52,081 nt of DNA from Planctomycetota bacterium (GTDB lineage: Bacteria; Planctomycetota; Planctomycetia; Pirellulales; Lacipirellulaceae). This document shows, piece by piece, positions 27,851-37,927 of the stretch. Location: NCBI GenBank assembly GCA_039190745.1, contig JBCCXZ010000023.1, forward strand, positions 1 through 52,081, written 5' to 3'. The number at the start of each line of letters is the position of its first letter. Position 1 is the first letter of the stretch. Under the pieces are notes generated by a model, which saw only the letters and a list, made by a program, of their open reading frames with translations, made no database searches and was not told the origin of the DNA. Position numbers and translations under genes: made by a program.

Positions 27851-30800
27851 CTAGGCTTCGGCCGGCTGGGGCTTCTGCGCCCTGAGGAAGCCGAAGCACT
27901 TCTGCGGGAGCAGGCCAACGGCAATCACGAGCAGCTGGCTGGCCACGAAGGCCCAGAGCGTGTTGACCACGCCGCTCTTGAATCCGTAGCTGTGCAGGCC
28001 GACGCCCATGTTGTTCACCCCGAACCAGCTCCAGGCGGTGACGATTCCGCCGAAGACCGAAAGCAGGGCGATGCCGCGTCCGCGGACCATGCCGCCCCAG
28101 CGTGCATGGAGGATGAGGGCGTTCCAGATGACGATCATGAGGGCGCCGTTTTCTTTGGGGTCCCAGCCCCAGAAGCGGCCCCAGGAGTCGTCCGCCCAGA
28201 GCCCGCCCAGGACGGTGCCGACGAAGCTGAAGAAGATCGAGAAGCAGATCACGCCGTAGGTCATGCGGGTGAGCTGCTCGGTCTGCTTCTTGTCGAGCCG
28301 GTCGAGGACGTGGTGCATCACGACGTAGAGGATGCCGAGCGCGGCAGCCAGGAACGTGGTGGAGTAGCCGAGCGTGATGCACACGACGTGCGTGGCAAGC
28401 CAGAACTGGGTGTCGAGCACGGCCTGGAGGACCTTGAAGGTGTCGCCGTCGCCGGCGAGGTTCTGCGCAATCAGCAGCGTCGGGTAGCCGATGGCGGCGG
28501 CGAGCACGTTGCCGACGCCCATGCGGTAGACGCGTTCGAATACCAGGGCGAACAGCACGGCGGCCCAGCCGATGAAGACGGCGGACGAGTAGAGGTTGGT
28601 CACCGGAGGTCGGCCGGAGATGTAGATGCGGGCGATGAGCGCGAAGGTGTGGAGCGCGACCGTAAACCACAGCAGCCAGTTGGCCGACCGGGCGAACACC
28701 GGCGTCCAGCCCACCCAGGCGGCGACGCCCAGTATGAAGGCGATCAGGTAGAGCGCCATCGCGAGCAGGAACGGGTCGAAGTGGTTGAAGAACGACTCGA
28801 ACTCCAGCCGGGAGGGGATCAGTCGGTCGGTGATCTTGCGGTCGGAAACGCCCTCGGTGGCGACGATCTCGCGTTCGAGCTGGGCGTCTGCGGCGGCGCG
28901 ATCTGCGATGAGGGCTTGGTAGTCGCGGAGGGCCTTGTTGAACTCGACGGCGTCCCCGGACTCGTGGGCCGCAAGTATCTCTCGAAACTCTTCGGCTGCA
29001 GGGTCGGACCTACCTTGCTGAATGCGTGCTTTGAGGTTGCCCCACTCGCTTTCCAGCAGTGTCCGCCAGGTGCCGGCGGCCTCGGCAGGCGGGACCGGGA
29101 GCGGCGCACGACCGTCGAGGCTCCGGATCTTCCCCTCGAGCCGGGCGACGCTCTGCTGGAGCTTCTCCTGCGACCCGATGTCGAGGTCCGGAGCGGCAAA
29201 GGCGCCGCGGACGAGGTTGATGAGGCCCAGCTTCTTGTCGAGCTCAAGGAACTTCTTCTGCATGAGCGACAGGCCGTTGGGCGTGTCGGACGACGCCTTG
29301 CTGGCGAGGCGTATTTGCTCGTTGAGTACGCCCTCGTCTTTGTAGACTTCGGCGATGCTGTAGCGGTAGCGGGTAGCGCTTCGGGGCTTGAGACCGAGGG
29401 TCTGTAGCACGTCGAGGTTTTCGATGCGGATGACGTTGTGCTTGATGGTGGCTTCAGAGCCCGAGGCCAGGTCGAGCAGCCAGCGGACGGCGGGCTGCTT
29501 TTCTTCGAAGCGGGTGTCGGCGTAGTTGGGCTTGCTGGAGACGACTCGGAGCACGTTGCGGGCTAGGGTGTCCATGGGCTGCACCCGGCCCTCAAACGCG
29601 ACGGGCAGCTGGCCGAACTCGGTAAGGTTGGCCTCGGTCGGGCCCGCTTCGGGCACGCGGGCACGGCTGGCAACCCAAGAGGCAAGGATCGCGACCAGCA
29701 GGGCGGGGACAAACACCGCGGGGGATCGCCAGTCGAGCCGCTCGGGGATGGACTCGTCGGCGATGGCGGCGACGGTGTTCTTGCGCTGCGAGAACTTGAC
29801 GATGGCCCGGCCGAAGTGGAAGAGCATGCCGACGGCCACGAGCATGCAAGCCACGTAGGGGATCATCCAGCTCTGATTCGTGACGACTTGCAAGTCGGTG
29901 TACTTGGGGTTCCGGGGGTCCCAGCTCGATTGGTAGAGCGTGTCGCCCGCGTACCGCAGAGGGTTGTTCATCCACACCGGCACGGTGCGGTCGACGTTGC
30001 GCTCTTCGTCGCGGACCTGCACGACGGAGCGGAAACTCTTGGGCGTTTCGGTGCCGACGTAGGTGGTGCGCTCGAAGTCGATCAGCTTGATGCTGTAATC
30101 CTTGTGGACCCGCTTGAAGCGGAGGTCGACGGAGTAGTCTTTGCCGTCGACGGCGATCTCCTGCGGATTGCCGCCCAGCAGCGGGGAAAGCAGGTACGTG
30201 CCAAGCGACTGTTGCGACTCGCGGTCGAGCATCTCGACGTAAGCGGCGGGGAGGTCGACGCGCTGCTCGACGTCGACGCCGGTGGACTCGGGCATCGGCT
30301 CGGCGATCCGCAGGATGCCCTGCCCGGCTGTGGCGGGCGAAGATTCGTTGGGCTGGCTGATGCGCGTGACGGCGTTGGGCAGGTACTGCACCACTCGGAC
30401 ATCGACCGGCAGGCCCGCGTCGCTGATCGTCTGACCGTCGAGCGCCGCCTGGAGGATCCCGCCGGGGACAACGGTCTCGATGCTCTCACCGCCCTCCTGG
30501 CGGACGAAGGCGAGTTCGATCGCGCGGGTGTCTTCGGCGTAGTTGAGCGTCTCGCCCTCCACGAGCCGCATGTGGGCTTCTTCGGCGTTCAGCCCGGTGA
30601 GCAGCTCGCCGAGCATCATCAGGCCAATGCCGCCGTGGAGGAGCACGATGCCGGCCCGGCCGGCGAAGACGAGCTGGCAGCCGAGCAGCAACACCAGCCC
30701 GGCGCCGGTGGCTTTGATGAGCTGCCACAGAATGCGGAGGCCGGAGGGGTCGAGCTTTGCCTCGGGGTTGAGGAACAGCCAGAGCGTGATGGCGCCGAGC

Positions 30801-31423
30801 ACGGCGGCCGAAACGACGCCGAGCCACCAGAGCCAGGCCCCGTTGCCGGAGCGCATCACCGGGGCCCGGAGGGCCAGGTAGTAGCCCAAAGACAGTGCGC
30901 ACGCCCCGAGGCTGGCCCGTAAGGCGTGCCAGAGGCGGTTGCAGAACTCGGGGGAGAGTTCGCTCTCGATGGCGTCGTCCATGCCGCTCTTGATCACTAG
31001 GAACGTGACCGCCGTGCCGAGCGCAATCAGCACCCAGCCGGCGAGCATCTTCCGGCCCGCCGTCGCGACGCGGAACCGGACGAGGTGGGCCGCGAAGAGG
31101 TTCGCCGTCATCACCGCGCCGATGAGCCAGCCGCCGGGGAACCAGAACGCGCCGGGCACGCCCCAGTCGCGGGGGAAGAACACCTGGAGCGGGATGCGGG
31201 CGAACCAGCAGCGGAAGTAGCTGTGGATGACCTCCCAGATATCGTCGTCGATCTGAGCAAGGGTGCCGGCGAAGACGAGCACGAGCGAGAGCACGAACAG
31301 GAAGACGGTCAGCCTCAACGAGGCGAGCGCCATCAGCGCCGTTTTGACCGCGGCGACCGGTTCGAGCCGATTGCCAATCGAGACGCTGGTGCGTGGGAGT
31401 CCTTGGATATCGGTGGTTGCCAT
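27851..31423 (-). CDS. ccsA: System II cytochrome c biogenesis protein, ResB/CcsB-CcsA fusion
   Basis: N-terminal ASLRLTV, LLHGG, MNNPLRYAGDTLYQSS (ResB-like); C-terminal PPVTNLY, WLATHV, WADDSWGRFWGWDPKE (WWD), GLHSYG. Confidence 0.92.
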   Translation of the reverse strand: MATTDIQGLPRTSVSIGNRLEPVAAVKTALMALASLRLTVFLFVLSLVLVFAGTLAQIDDDIWEVIHSYFRCWFARIPLQVFFPRDWGVPGAFWFPGGWLIGAVMTANLFAAHLVRFRVATAGRKMLAGWVLIALGTAVTFLVIKSGMDDAIESELSPEFCNRLWHALRASLGACALSLGYYLALRAPVMRSGNGAWLWWLGVVSAAVLGAITLWLFLNPEAKLDPSGLRILWQLIKATGAGLVLLLGCQLVFAGRAGIVLLHGGIGLMMLGELLTGLNAEEAHMRLVEGETLNYAEDTRAIELAFVRQEGGESIETVVPGGILQAALDGQTISDAGLPVDVRVVQYLPNAVTRISQPNESSPATAGQGILRIAEPMPESTGVDVEQRVDLPAAYVEMLDRESQQSLGTYLLSPLLGGNPQEIAVDGKDYSVDLRFKRVHKDYSIKLIDFERTTYVGTETPKSFRSVVQVRDEERNVDRTVPVWMNNPLRYAGDTLYQSSWDPRNPKYTDLQVVTNQSWMIPYVACMLVAVGMLFHFGRAIVKFSQRKNTVAAIADESIPERLDWRSPAVFVPALLVAILASWVASRARVPEAGPTEANLTEFGQLPVAFEGRVQPMDTLARNVLRVVSSKPNYADTRFEEKQPAVRWLLDLASGSEATIKHNVIRIENLDVLQTLGLKPRSATRYRYSIAEVYKDEGVLNEQIRLASKASSDTPNGLSLMQKKFLELDKKLGLINLVRGAFAAPDLDIGSQEKLQQSVARLEGKIRSLDGRAPLPVPPAEAAGTWRTLLESEWGNLKARIQQGRSDPAAEEFREILAAHESGDAVEFNKALRDYQALIADRAAADAQLEREIVATEGVSDRKITDRLIPSRLEFESFFNHFDPFLLAMALYLIAFILGVAAWVGWTPVFARSANWLLWFTVALHTFALIARIYISGRPPVTNLYSSAVFIGWAAVLFALVFERVYRMGVGNVLAAAIGYPTLLIAQNLAGDGDTFKVLQAVLDTQFWLATHVVCITLGYSTTFLAAALGILYVVMHHVLDRLDKKQTEQLTRMTYGVICFSIFFSFVGTVLGGLWADDSWGRFWGWDPKENGALMIVIWNALILHARWGGMVRGRGIALLSVFGGIVTAWSWFGVNNMGVGLHSYGFKSGVVNTLWAFVASQLLVIAVGLLPQKCFGFLRAQKPQPAEA

Positions 31424-31550
31424 GGGCGCCGCCGGACCTGCTGGCTGGGGAGGGAAGACTGGGGTGGGTTGCCTGTCCTAACAGGATACCGCATCGGACC
31501 TTACGCCGTAACGGCGCGCTGGCCCTGCGCGGCGATTGCCTCCGGAGCCG

Positions 31551-32720
31551 CTAGAGCTGGATCGAATCGAGGAACGCCTGGAAGTTTGCTTCTTCGGCGG
31601 CCACCAGGCTGCGCGTTCCGGCGAGTTTGATGAACCACACACGGCCCGCGACGGGCACCATCGCCACCCGCATCGAGCGGGCGTCGGGCTGTTCCGCTGG
31701 GCCGATCAGCTCCACAATTTTCGCTTCGTTCCCGGAGACCGTGCCGCTGGTCACCCGCGGCTCGACGCTCTGGGCCGCGTCGCCCAGCTGGCCTCGCCAG
31801 CGTGCGACGTTGCCCTCCACGTCGGCCATGGGGCTGCCGGGCGCCGCGGGGAAGACCGTGACGGTCACTTCGCCGTCGCCATTGCTGCCGGAGACGTCGC
31901 CGGGGATGCGGAAGGCGGCCTTGCGCGCCGGCGACATGCGGCCCGGCTGCCAGGAATCAGGTTTTGAGTACTGGATGTCAGCACGTGCTGAGGGCGGGGC
32001 TTCACGGGCCTCGCCGCTGGGCGTGGCCGGCCGACCGGCGGTCTGCCCGGGAGGCTGCTGCGGCAACGCCGCTTGCTGCAGCACGCCTCGCAGTTCGATG
32101 AGGCTGCCGCCAGAGCCCGGTATCGGCTGGGCGAAGCCCAGCATGGTCTTGCGGGGCGGCGGGGGCGTGAACTCGCTGGTCAGGCCGAGCTGACGCATCC
32201 AGCGGACGATGTTGCTCTCTAGGTAGTCTTCCCAGTCGCCGGACTTGGGAAGAACGGTCACAGTACATTCGAGTGTGCCGCTGAAGGAACCTGTGTCGTA
32301 CGGAATGCCGATCGTCGCTAAACGGAGCCCGCTGGCCTTGGACTCGCTCCAGCCTCCCGGCAGTTCCCACGACGGGCCGGCCGGATCGACCGAGGCGATG
32401 AACTCTCCAAACTGCTGACGGACCTCATCGACAACGGGCGCCTTGCCGGTGAGCTTGAAGAACAGCGCGTCGCTTTCCCGAGGGAACACGGCGACGAGCA
32501 TGTGGTCGAGCCGCTGGACGAAAGCCTCGGGCGATTCCCGGCGGGGCGGGGCGGCGGTAACGCGCTCCACGCGGTAGGTGGTAATCGCGTCCTCGCCGTT
32601 GCAGGCGACGCAGCACGCGATCGCCGCCAAGACCGAGGCGAGGCGCTTGCTCCGATGCTGCGACCGGGGGACGGACCGGACCTGCCTGCCAACGGCGGGC
32701 ATCCTGCGGGGGGTAGGCAT
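31551..32720 (-). CDS. Hypothetical lipoprotein with two internal repeats
   Basis: Lipobox-like CCVAC; duplicated units FFKLTG...LPGGW...NIVRWMRQLG and KPDSW...NVARWRGQLG...WFIKLAG. Confidence 0.75.
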   Translation of the reverse strand: MPTPRRMPAVGRQVRSVPRSQHRSKRLASVLAAIACCVACNGEDAITTYRVERVTAAPPRRESPEAFVQRLDHMLVAVFPRESDALFFKLTGKAPVVDEVRQQFGEFIASVDPAGPSWELPGGWSESKASGLRLATIGIPYDTGSFSGTLECTVTVLPKSGDWEDYLESNIVRWMRQLGLTSEFTPPPPRKTMLGFAQPIPGSGGSLIELRGVLQQAALPQQPPGQTAGRPATPSGEAREAPPSARADIQYSKPDSWQPGRMSPARKAAFRIPGDVSGSNGDGEVTVTVFPAAPGSPMADVEGNVARWRGQLGDAAQSVEPRVTSGTVSGNEAKIVELIGPAEQPDARSMRVAMVPVAGRVWFIKLAGTRSLVAAEEANFQAFLDSIQL

Positions 32721-32784
32721 AGTGTGCTTGTTCGTTTGCTGCGGGGAAAGGGCTCGACCGCTTGCCGGAACCCTGTCTCCGCGG

Positions 32785-34347
32785 CTAACCGAGCTTGAAC
32801 AGCCCGAGCAACGCGTCGATCAGCGAGCTGTTGAGTGCGTAAGGCTCGCCCCAACTCCAGATGTTGCGGACCATATCTAGCATCATGATTCCGCAGAACG
32901 AGAGCAAGAGGGCGACCGATCCGAGCGCCAGCACGCTTGCGGTGGAGAACTCCGATTCCGGCGGCGCGGCGACGGCCGCGGGAGCGGCGCCGGCGAAGGC
33001 GTCGTCGCCCATCATGCCGTCGTCTTCTCCGCCGTAGTCCTCGGCGAGGACGACCCCGTCGCCCTCTTCTTCGAGGAAGGCGCTTTCTTCGAGCACGCCA
33101 GCCTCTTCTCCGCCGCCGAGGTCGGCGACCTCCGCGTCGAGGGCGATCACCTGCGAGCTGCTGTCGTCGTCGCCGGTGTCGCTCATCGGGGTGAGGTCGA
33201 AGTCTTCCGCTCCTTGCAGGCCGCTGGCGGCGCCGGCCTCGGAGGGGGCGTCGCCACCGATGAGCGAGAGCTCGGGGTCGGAGCCGATGTCGCCGCCGAG
33301 CGAGAGCGAGCTGAGTATGGCGGAGCTGCCCGCGTCGAGCGGGATGTCGTCGAGCGCGAGGCCGCTGTCGGAGGGCGAGCCGAGGCTGATGCCGCTCTCG
33401 GAGGGGTCGAGCGTGATATCGCTGCCGCTGCCGTCGCTAAGCACGAGGTCGTCGTCGGTTGCGAGTTCGATCTCGCTCTCGGCCGCATCCGGTTCATCCT
33501 TCGCGACGCCGGCCGACTCGAGTTCGATGGCGGAGACGTCGGTCGAGCCCATGTTGTCGCCTTCGAGCTCGAGGTCGTCGTCGAGTGCGAGGTCTTCGTT
33601 AGAAGCGGCGGCTGCTTCTGCGTCTTTGGCGGCTTGGGCCGCGAGATCGGCCTTGGCTTTCTCGGTGTCTTCGGGCGAGAGGATGCGGCTCGACTCGGCG
33701 GCGAGGTCGATCTCCAGCTCTTCGAGGTCCTCGAAGGCGCTGAGGCTGGCCGACTCGCTCTCGAGATCGTCGAGGACTCCGGAACCGGCGATGCCGGAGG
33801 AGAGGACGTTGGAGGCGTCGGACTCGAGGCGGACGTCGCTCTGGTGGGCTCCGGATTCCGGCTCGTCTTCGGTGACCAGCTCCAGGTCGGCGTCTTCTTC
33901 GAGCGTGTCTTTGCCGATGATCGTGCTGGCCGGGCCTGTGACCGACTCGCCGAGTTCTTCTTCGCTGAGGAGGATCGATTCGGGGCCGTCGTCGGCGTCT
34001 TCGGCGGCGAGTTCCAGCTCGGTGCCCGCGGAGACGGGGTCGGTGTCTTCCAGCCCCGTGGCGTCGCCCTCGGGAGCGAGGAGCAGTTCGTCGTCGTCAT
34101 CTTCGATGGGCGCTAACGGCTCGGCGTCCACCAAGTCGTCGAGGTCGGCCATGCCGATATCGCTGGGGGGCGGGGGCTCGGGGAGTCCTTCGTCGACGAG
34201 CTTGTCGATTTCGTCGCGGCGAAACTTCCAGCTCTTGCCGTCGCGGTAGGCGCGCAGCTGGCCGGATTCGCGGAGGTCGTTGAGCCGGTCGGACGAGACG
34301 CCGAGCTTTTCCACCGCCTCGTCGAAGCTGACAAACTTCTGTTCCAT
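32785..34347 (-). CDS. Excisionase-like HTH protein with long acidic linker and C-terminal TM helix
   Basis: FVSFDEAVEKLGVS...LRAYRDGKSWKFRRDEID (HTH_17-like); about 400 aa D/E/S/L-rich; hydrophobic helix before DMVRNIW. Confidence 0.8.
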   Translation of the reverse strand: MEQKFVSFDEAVEKLGVSSDRLNDLRESGQLRAYRDGKSWKFRRDEIDKLVDEGLPEPPPPSDIGMADLDDLVDAEPLAPIEDDDDELLLAPEGDATGLEDTDPVSAGTELELAAEDADDGPESILLSEEELGESVTGPASTIIGKDTLEEDADLELVTEDEPESGAHQSDVRLESDASNVLSSGIAGSGVLDDLESESASLSAFEDLEELEIDLAAESSRILSPEDTEKAKADLAAQAAKDAEAAAASNEDLALDDDLELEGDNMGSTDVSAIELESAGVAKDEPDAAESEIELATDDDLVLSDGSGSDITLDPSESGISLGSPSDSGLALDDIPLDAGSSAILSSLSLGGDIGSDPELSLIGGDAPSEAGAASGLQGAEDFDLTPMSDTGDDDSSSQVIALDAEVADLGGGEEAGVLEESAFLEEEGDGVVLAEDYGGEDDGMMGDDAFAGAAPAAVAAPPESEFSTASVLALGSVALLLSFCGIMMLDMVRNIWSWGEPYALNSSLIDALLGLFKLG

Positions 34348-34384
34348 CGCACCCTCGTAAGGTCGCCGCGCCCTGGGGACACGG

Positions 34385-34756
34385 TCAGTTGCCGTTCTGA
34401 AGTCTCTTCTGGATGTTGCCCGGCGCCAGGTCGGGGCTGTTGAACTCTTGCATCTGCAGGTCTGCTTGGAGGCTGCGGATGCTCTTTAGCTTGATCTCTC
34501 CGGTATCTCGCGACACGTGGTAGACGCCGAGCACCTGCCTGACCGGTTCGACGACCACGACGGTGAGCGGTCTGCCCTCGACATCATGGACGTGGGTAAT
34601 GAGCCCGGTGGCGCCGCTGCTGGCGCTGGCTCCGTCTCCGACGCTGCCCTGCTGCGCAAACGAACTCCACGCGGTCCACCCAACCATCACCAACGCCGCA
34701 GCCGTGAACGCAGTTGTTGTCTGTACGCTGCCTCTCCGTAGGTTTGCCTTCCGCAT
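34385..34756 (-). CDS. Hypothetical exported/membrane protein
   Basis: N-terminal hydrophobic segment; VVVVEP...LGVYHV...GEIKLKSIR...DL...FN...P motif pattern. Confidence 0.7.
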   Translation of the reverse strand: MRKANLRRGSVQTTTAFTAAALVMVGWTAWSSFAQQGSVGDGASASSGATGLITHVHDVEGRPLTVVVVEPVRQVLGVYHVSRDTGEIKLKSIRSLQADLQMQEFNSPDLAPGNIQKRLQNGN

Positions 34757-35029
34757 TGTCGCCGCTCCTTCCTTGAGTTCGCCCGACGGGGTCTTCCACC
34801 ACGGTTTCTAGCAACCTTTATTCTAAGTGGACGGCTTGACCATTCAACAAAAAACCGACTGTATCTCTTTGCCTGTCCTACAGTTAATTGAACCCGGAGG
34901 ACCGTCACAGGGGGCCTCGGGCGGGGGCCGCTTCGGGCCGGATCGACCACATTTGCGGGTCCCGGCGGGGCGTTGGCCGCCGTCGGGCGGACCGTTCCGC
35001 GAGCGGCGCGGGTCTGCTAACCTCCTCGA

Positions 35030-35845
35030 ATGATGGCAGACACACCCGCACCCGACGTCGAGGCACGCCTCCAGCTGGCGGTCGATATCGCCCGCGAGGC
35101 TGGACTCTCGACCCTCGAATTGTTCCGCAGCGACCGCCTTGGCCTTGAGCACAAAGGAGACGGTTCGCCGGTCACCCTTGCCGACAAGCAAGCGGAAGAA
35201 CTGCTGCGTGAGCAGATCACCGGGGCCTTCCCCGATGACGCGATCCTGGGCGAGGAATTCGGCTCTTCTGACGGCAAGACAGGTTTTCAGTGGGTGCTCG
35301 ACCCCATCGACGGGACAAAGTCGTTCATCACGGGCGTGCCGCTCTACACAACGCTGGTCGGCGTGCTGCGGGAAGGTGAGCCGGTCGCCGGTGTGATCTA
35401 CTCGCCAGGGACTGACGAAATAGCCTGGGCGGGCGTCGGCGGGGGCTGTTGGTACCGTATCGGCGACGCTAAGGCGACCCGGACGATGGTGAGCGGCACG
35501 GCGGAACTGGCCGAGGCAACCTGCCTGACCAGCGAGGTGAAGTCGTTCACCAAATACCGCGGGCCGGTCGCCCGGGAAGCCTATGACCAACTGGAAGCAG
35601 CCTGCCGGCTCACTCGCACCTGGGGCGACGGGTTCGGTTACCTGCTGGTGGCGACCGGGCGGGCCGATATCTGTTTCGACCCAATCGTAAACCTCTGGGA
35701 TATTGCGGCCTGCATGCCGGTGATCACCGAGGCGGGGGGCGTTTTTACCGACTGGGAAGGTACACCAACCGTGCACAGCCCGCACTCGGTGGCGACCAAC
35801 CCGCAGCTCGCCCCGGCGGTGCTGGAGATCTTGCGGGGCGGCTGA
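35030..35845 (+). CDS. hisN: Histidinol-phosphatase (inositol monophosphatase family)
   Basis: KGDGSPVTLAD, ILGEE, WVLDPIDGTKSF..GVP, RTWGDGFGY, WDIAA. Confidence 0.8.
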   Translation: MMADTPAPDVEARLQLAVDIAREAGLSTLELFRSDRLGLEHKGDGSPVTLADKQAEELLREQITGAFPDDAILGEEFGSSDGKTGFQWVLDPIDGTKSFITGVPLYTTLVGVLREGEPVAGVIYSPGTDEIAWAGVGGGCWYRIGDAKATRTMVSGTAELAEATCLTSEVKSFTKYRGPVAREAYDQLEAACRLTRTWGDGFGYLLVATGRADICFDPIVNLWDIAACMPVITEAGGVFTDWEGTPTVHSPHSVATNPQLAPAVLEILRGG

Positions 35846-35976
35846 GCGGCCCTGGTTGCAGGCGACCGCAAAACGATTATAGTTGCGGGTTTACGACGAA
35901 TTAGCGTCGAGCGTGGGAAGTCCCGAGCCCGTTCCGGCGGCATTTTTTGGTAACGAAGTAGCCCCGGTTTAGTGGA

Positions 35977-36291
35977 GTGCCCTCTGTGCCCGCCGATCGA
36001 CCACCGCTCACGCGAGACGATGTCGAAAAGGTCTCGCTGCTCGCACGGCTGATCCTCACCGACGCGGAACTCGATCGGATGACGACCGAGCTGCAGTCGA
36101 TTGTGGGCTACGTCGATCAGCTCGCGGAGGTCGACACCGAGGGCGTCGAACCAATGGCCCACGCGGTGGAGGTGACCAACGTGCTCGCCGCGGACGAAGC
36201 CCGGCCGGGCCTGCCCCGCGAGGCCGCCTTGAAGAACGCCCCGAACCACAACGGCCGGGGGTATCTGGTGCCGGCGGTGCTCGGCGAGTAG
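35977..36291 (+). CDS. gatC: Asp/Glu-tRNA amidotransferase subunit C
   Basis: LTRDDVEKVSLLARL, YVDQLAEVDTEGVEP, ALKNAP, YLVPAVL; directly upstream of gatA. Exact start uncertain. Confidence 0.93.
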   Translation: MPSVPADRPPLTRDDVEKVSLLARLILTDAELDRMTTELQSIVGYVDQLAEVDTEGVEPMAHAVEVTNVLAADEARPGLPREAALKNAPNHNGRGYLVPAVLGE

Positions 36292-36339
36292 CCGCCCGAC
36301 CTCAGTCTACGCTCCACAAACTCTACGCCACGGCCTCCG

Positions 36340-37902
36340 ATGTCGCTTGTTGACCTGCCCGCGACTGAACTGCTGCGGCTCATGGAAGGGGGCGAGGCGA
36401 CCAGCCAGGAAATTACCCGCGAGTACCTCGACGAGATCGAGCGGCTCGACGGGGATGCCGGGGGCGACGGCGGCGTCGGCGCGTTCCTGCACTGCGACGC
36501 AGACGCGGCCATGGAACGGGCGGCCCAGATCGACCACCTCCGCGACGCGGGCGAGCGTGTCGGGCCGCTGGGCGGGCTGCCTGTGGCGGTCAAAGACGTG
36601 CTCTGCGACCGCGACTCCCCGACGACGTGCGCCTCGCGGATGCTTGAGCAGTTCCGCCCGCCGTACGACGCGACGGTGGTCGAGCGGCTGAAGAACGCCG
36701 GGGCGGTGCTGATCGGCCGCACGAACATGGACGAGTTCGCCATGGGCGGCTCTACCGAGAACTCGGCCTTCAAGCAGACCAAGAACCCGTGGGACGCGGA
36801 GCGGACTCCGGGCGGCTCGAGCGGCGGCTCGGCGGCGTGCGTCGCGGCGGGGATGGCGCCGATGGCGATCGGCACCGACACGGGCGGCTCGATCCGCCAG
36901 CCCGCGAGCCTCTGCGGCGTGGTGGGCATGAAGCCGACCTACGGGCGGGTGAGCCGGTACGGGCTGGTGGCGTTTGCGAGCAGCCTGGACCAGGTCGGCC
37001 CGATGGCCCGGACGACGGGCGACGCGGCGCTGCTGCTGACGGCCATCGCGGGGCACGACCGGAACGACTCGACTTCGATCAACGCGTTGGTGCCCGACTA
37101 CACCGAGCGGCTCGAGAAGCCGCTGGCGGGCCTGAAGATTGGGATCGTCCGCGAGCACTTCGGCGAGGGCCTCGACCCCGAGGTGGAGCGAGCGGTGCGC
37201 GACGCGATCGGCGTTTACGAATCGCTGGGCGGCTCAGTGAAAGAAGTCTCGCTCCCCCACAGCAAGTACGCCGTCGCGGTGTACTACGTGATCGCGCCGA
37301 GCGAGGCTTCGAGCAACCTGGCACGCTACGACGGCGTGCACTATGGCTACCGGACGGATGTTGCTGCCGTCGCGGAAGAGCTCGCCGCCGAGCGGAAGCG
37401 GTTCCAGGAGGCCGGCGACCAGCGTGCCGTAGACCGCATGGATTCGTCGCTGGTGCGGATGTACCGGCGGACGCGGACCGAGGGTTTTGGCCCCGAAGTG
37501 AAGCGGCGGGTGATGCTCGGCGCCTACGCTCTGAGCGCCGGCTATTACGACGCCTACTACCTGAAGGCGCTGAAGGTACGGCGGCTGATCCGGCAGGACT
37601 TTGACAAGGCGTTCGAAGAAGTGGACGTCATTGCCGGCCCGGTGACCGCAGCTCCGGCGTTCAAGCTCGGCGAGATGGTTGACGACCCGCTCTCGATGTA
37701 CCTGGTCGACCTCTACACGGTGAGCGCCAACCTGGCCGGCATCCCGGGGATCAGCATCCCCTGCGGGATGAGCTCGTCGGGTCTCCCGATCGGGCTGCAG
37801 CTGCAGGGCCCGGCGCTTGAGGAAGAGCGGCTGCTGCGGGCGGCACGGATGTACGAGAAAGAGACCGATTGGCACACCCGGCGGCCGGAGATGGAGGACT
37901 GA
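36340..37902 (+). CDS. gatA: Asp/Glu-tRNA amidotransferase subunit A
   Basis: [59 protein letters not shown]. Confidence 0.97.
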   Translation: MSLVDLPATELLRLMEGGEATSQEITREYLDEIERLDGDAGGDGGVGAFLHCDADAAMERAAQIDHLRDAGERVGPLGGLPVAVKDVLCDRDSPTTCASRMLEQFRPPYDATVVERLKNAGAVLIGRTNMDEFAMGGSTENSAFKQTKNPWDAERTPGGSSGGSAACVAAGMAPMAIGTDTGGSIRQPASLCGVVGMKPTYGRVSRYGLVAFASSLDQVGPMARTTGDAALLLTAIAGHDRNDSTSINALVPDYTERLEKPLAGLKIGIVREHFGEGLDPEVERAVRDAIGVYESLGGSVKEVSLPHSKYAVAVYYVIAPSEASSNLARYDGVHYGYRTDVAAVAEELAAERKRFQEAGDQRAVDRMDSSLVRMYRRTRTEGFGPEVKRRVMLGAYALSAGYYDAYYLKALKVRRLIRQDFDKAFEEVDVIAGPVTAAPAFKLGEMVDDPLSMYLVDLYTVSANLAGIPGISIPCGMSSSGLPIGLQLQGPALEEERLLRAARMYEKETDWHTRRPEMED

Positions 37903-37927
37903 CGCAGCCGTGACACGGTCCTACGCT

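Noticed and set aside
32785..34347. Prophage excisionase
   Set aside because: The HTH is fused to a long acidic linker and TM helix; no phage or integrase genes nearby.
35846..35976. T-box riboswitch upstream of gatC
   Set aside because: Too short and lacks the T-box consensus; only a CCGCAA/TTGCGG inverted repeat is visible.
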